A program made the position numbers and the translations under genes. A stretch of DNA of 46,615 nucleotides from a virus (lineage: Duplodnaviria; Caudoviricetes), in the IMG/VR virus record IMGVR_UViG_3300048858_000122, positions 1-46,615 of that record; one strand, written 5' to 3'. Below the pieces are notes generated by a model. The model was not told where the DNA came from and did not search any database. It was given only the letters and a program-made list of their open reading frames with translations. Shown one piece after another: positions 43,593-46,615 of this stretch (its first letter is position 1; each line of letters starts with the position of its first letter).

Positions 43593-46500
43593 CAATCTGC
43601 AATCACTAAGTCGAAATGCGCCGCACGCCAGCGATCCAGGCCGTCTGCGCCCTGAATGGCCATGTCGCAGCGGTGCCCCAGAAAACACAGTTGCTCGAAC
43701 AGCAACAGACGGTTCGCCGGATGGTCGTCGACGATCAGGATGCTCAACGGTGCTGAAGAGGGCGGCACGGCCTGAGGCGTGGTGTTTCTGACAGCCAGAG
43801 GTTCAAGCGTCGTGAGCTCAAACGTCATCTCGACCCGCGTTCCTTCCCCGGGTTCGCTGCTCAACGTCAGCGTCCCTCCCATCATTTCGCACAGACTTCG
43901 ACAAATCACCAGCCCAAGCCCGGCGCCGGTTCTGGCCAGCTGACCCGCTTGGTCGACCTGGGCAAACGGCGCGAAAAGCCGCTGCTGGTCCTGGATGGCG
44001 ATGCCGATGCCGCTGTCGTGGATGACCACCTGCACATGCATTTGCTGTGGGCTGCGCCCGGCTTCGGTTTGCAGGCTTATCTTGACCTGACCTCGCTCGG
44101 TGAACTTGATGGCATTGCTGATGAGATTGGACAGGATCTGTTTGAAGCGCAGCGGGTCAATCAATACGTCCGTGTTGGTCCGTGCATCGAGGTCCAGGGC
44201 CAGGGTGAGGCTTTTTTGCCGGGCAAGGCCATCGAATACCCGCACCACGGACTCCACAAGCTGACGCAGGTTGGCACGCTCCGGACTGAGGCTCAGGCGG
44301 CCGGATTCGATGCGCGCGATGTCAAGAATATCGCCGATCAATTCCAGCAGATCCTTCGCCGAACTGTAGGCGACTTCGATGGCGGGCCGATCCAGTTGCC
44401 CGTTGTCTGCGCGCTTGAGGGCCAGCTCCAACATGCCGATCACGGCGTTCATGGGCGTGCGGATCTCGTGACTCATGGTGGCGAGAAAAGTGCTTTTCGC
44501 CCGGTTGGCATCATCCGCAAGGTCCTTGGCGGTCTGGAGTTGCTCGATCAGCTGGCGGCGCTCGCTGATGTCGATCCAGCCGCCGATGATGCCTTGCACT
44601 TTGCCGAGGGAGTCGCGGAACGGCAGGATCCAGTGGTAGATCGTCAGTTCGCGGCCGGCGATATGCAGCGAGCGGTCCAGTATCAGCGGCGCGTTGTTGG
44701 CGATGACACGCTTGTAATCCTCGACATAACCGAGCGCTTCTTCAGTGTCACTCAATACACCGTCGAGAATGCTTTTTCCGATCACGTCCTCGCGCTGCGC
44801 GGCAAAGGCGGCAAGGTAGCTCTCGTTGCACATTTTCAGCAAACCGTCGCGGTCGCGGACATAAATGGGATGTGGAGTACCGTTGACCAGCGCGCTCATG
44901 AATTCGAACTGGTCGTTCAGTGCGCGCTCGGCTCGCTCACGCTGTTTGATCTGACGGCGCATCCACGCGTTCCAGGCCAGCGAGCCGAGCAGCAGCAAGC
45001 TCGCGCCGACAATGATCTGATAAATCAACAGTTGATAGTCGTGCCACGCACCACTGCTCGGAGGAATGTAGGTTCGCCAGCGATTATTGATGGCGGCGAG
45101 ATCTTCCGGCGCGATGCTGGACAACGCCTTGTCCAGGATCGACGTCAGCTCGGTCGCGTTGCGAGACGTTGCCATGGCGATCCGCGCCGGTTCCTGGCCC
45201 ACCGTGACGCGCATTTGCAGGGTGTCGTTCAGCGCTCTGGAAGAGAGAAAGTAACTGGCGCTGAACAGCGAGGTAACGGCGCCTTCCGCACGGCCGTGGG
45301 CGAGCATGTCCAGCGCTTGCGACGGGTTGTCGACTTCAACCGGGTAGATATCGGGGTATTTGTCGCGCAGGAAGGGCAGGATCGGACTGCTCAGGGCCAG
45401 CGCAACGCGCTTGCCGGCCAGTTGATCCAGGTTGGAAGGCGCCGAGGTTTCCTTGCGGGTGACCAGGACGAACACGTTGTCCATGTACGGGCGGCTGAAA
45501 TTGAAGCGGTTCTCGCGCTCATCGCTGGGGATCATCGCGCCGATCAGGTCTGCCTGGCCCTGGCTGAGCTGGTTGGCCATATCGTTCATGCTCGCGGCAT
45601 GACTGACACTGAAATTCAGCCCTGTGCGCAGTCTGACGAGCTCGAGCAAGTCTGCGGTGACGCCGCTGAAGCGCCCGGCGGCGTCGTAAAACGTCAACGG
45701 GGCATAGGCTTCGTTAAACACTACCCGAACGGTCGGGTGCTGGGCGATCCAGCGTTCTTCGCGCTGATTGAGCTGCAGCTTCTGATCCGTGAGCATCAAG
45801 TCGCTGCCAGCGCCCCAGCGTTTGGAGATGGCGATGCGTTCCTCCACCGGAATGCCCTTGAGCACCCGGTTGACGATGTCCAGCAGCAGGGGATTGGAAG
45901 CCTGCATGGCGAAGCTGAAGCCGTTGGCCTCGTGTTTGCCGAAGTTGGCCATCTGCACGTTGTTCAGGTAGCCCTTGTTAATCACATAGTGCGTGGAAAT
46001 GGTATCGCCCAGAAATACGTCAGCCTGATTGAAGGCCACGGCGTTGATGGCGCTCTGGAAGGAGGGGAAGGTTTGCAGGCGCGCTTTGGGGTACAGCGCT
46101 GCGATCTCGTCGGGCGGCAGGTAGTGATAAGCCATGCTCAGGCGCAGCCCATTGAGGTCACCATTGAGCGGCCTTGTTTCTCCGATACGCGTCACCAGAA
46201 CCGGCTGGTCAACGGCGTAAGGCATGGACAGCACGATACCGTTCGAGGCGGCCTCGTAGCCATTGGCGCTGCCTAGCAGATCGATGTCGCCATTTTTAAG
46301 CGCCTGGACGGCTTCGTCGCGGTTGGCGAAACGCAGCACCTTGACCGGCAGGTCGAGCACCCTGCCGAGTATGCCGACGTAATCGGCGGTAAAGCCCTCG
46401 TAGTCGTGCCCGGTGAGGGTCATGTCGAACGGCGGATAGTCGGGGGTGGAGGTGCCAAGAATCAACTCGCGTTTGTTGCGCACCCATTGCCATTGAGCGC

Positions 46501-46615
46501 GGTCCAGCGTCACATCCATGTGCGCGGGGTTGGAACGGCTCAGCAGGGTGTAGCGTTCCGGCGCCAGCGGATCTGCCAGCGTATCGAAGGCCAGGCAGAC
46601 AAGTACGGCGGCCAT
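43593..46615 (-). pseudogene. BvgS/EvgS-type hybrid sensor histidine kinase, truncated in the REC domain by an insertion
   Basis: Two periplasmic binding domains, TM, PAS, ATMSHEIRTPMN, NAIKFT, DSGIG, GAGLGL, REC ILIVDDH..FDLVIAD, then non-homologous sequence; no rest of REC and no Hpt; start may lie beyond the window. Confidence 0.88.

Larger units (their letters stand above)
1..43593. mobile_element. Lambdoid HK97-type temperate prophage (left att outside window)
   Basis: Full lambdoid gene order from integrase to tail and lysis genes; right junction inferred where the host kinase reading frame diverges. Confidence 0.93.

Noticed and set aside
43949-46276. 775-aa plus-strand ORF
   Set aside because: Antisense shadow of the kinase gene, typical of GC-rich coding DNA; no recognisable motifs.

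Overview
The window is an almost complete lambdoid (HK97-head, long-tailed) temperate prophage, most likely from a Pseudomonas host (inferred from GC-rich codon usage and the tRNA sequence). It spans about 1-43,593 and is followed by a host BvgS/EvgS-type hybrid sensor kinase gene that is interrupted in its receiver domain. Gene order: int/xis, leftward early operon with plus-strand accessory cassettes, structured pL leader, immunity region (OL/pL, SOS-boxed DUF1654, cI-linked accessory gene, cI, OR/pR, cro, cII), Rha/KilAC, O/P replication with iterons, nin-like region with a second tyrosine recombinase, Q-like gene, membrane/spanin genes, HNH-terminase-portal-protease-capsid, tail with a -1 frameshift, tape measure, tail fibre, O-acyltransferase, SleB-type endolysin, SGNH esterase and an SOS-boxed pair. 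Main findings: (1) two separate att-like junctions at the right end, each with its own IHF site (a tRNA-Leu 3' fragment with an altered discriminator base, and a junction in the kinase REC motif), in a phage that encodes two tyrosine recombinases; (2) an acyltransferase plus SGNH esterase pair next to the tail fibre; (3) accessory genes that are candidates for defence or exclusion (PIN protein, a 67-aa paralogue pair, an unlisted 45-aa membrane peptide, a rex-position gene); (4) repeated covarying RNA hairpins and a start-stop minigene in the pL leader. All family assignments come from motif recognition by eye; no searches were run. attL lies outside the window.
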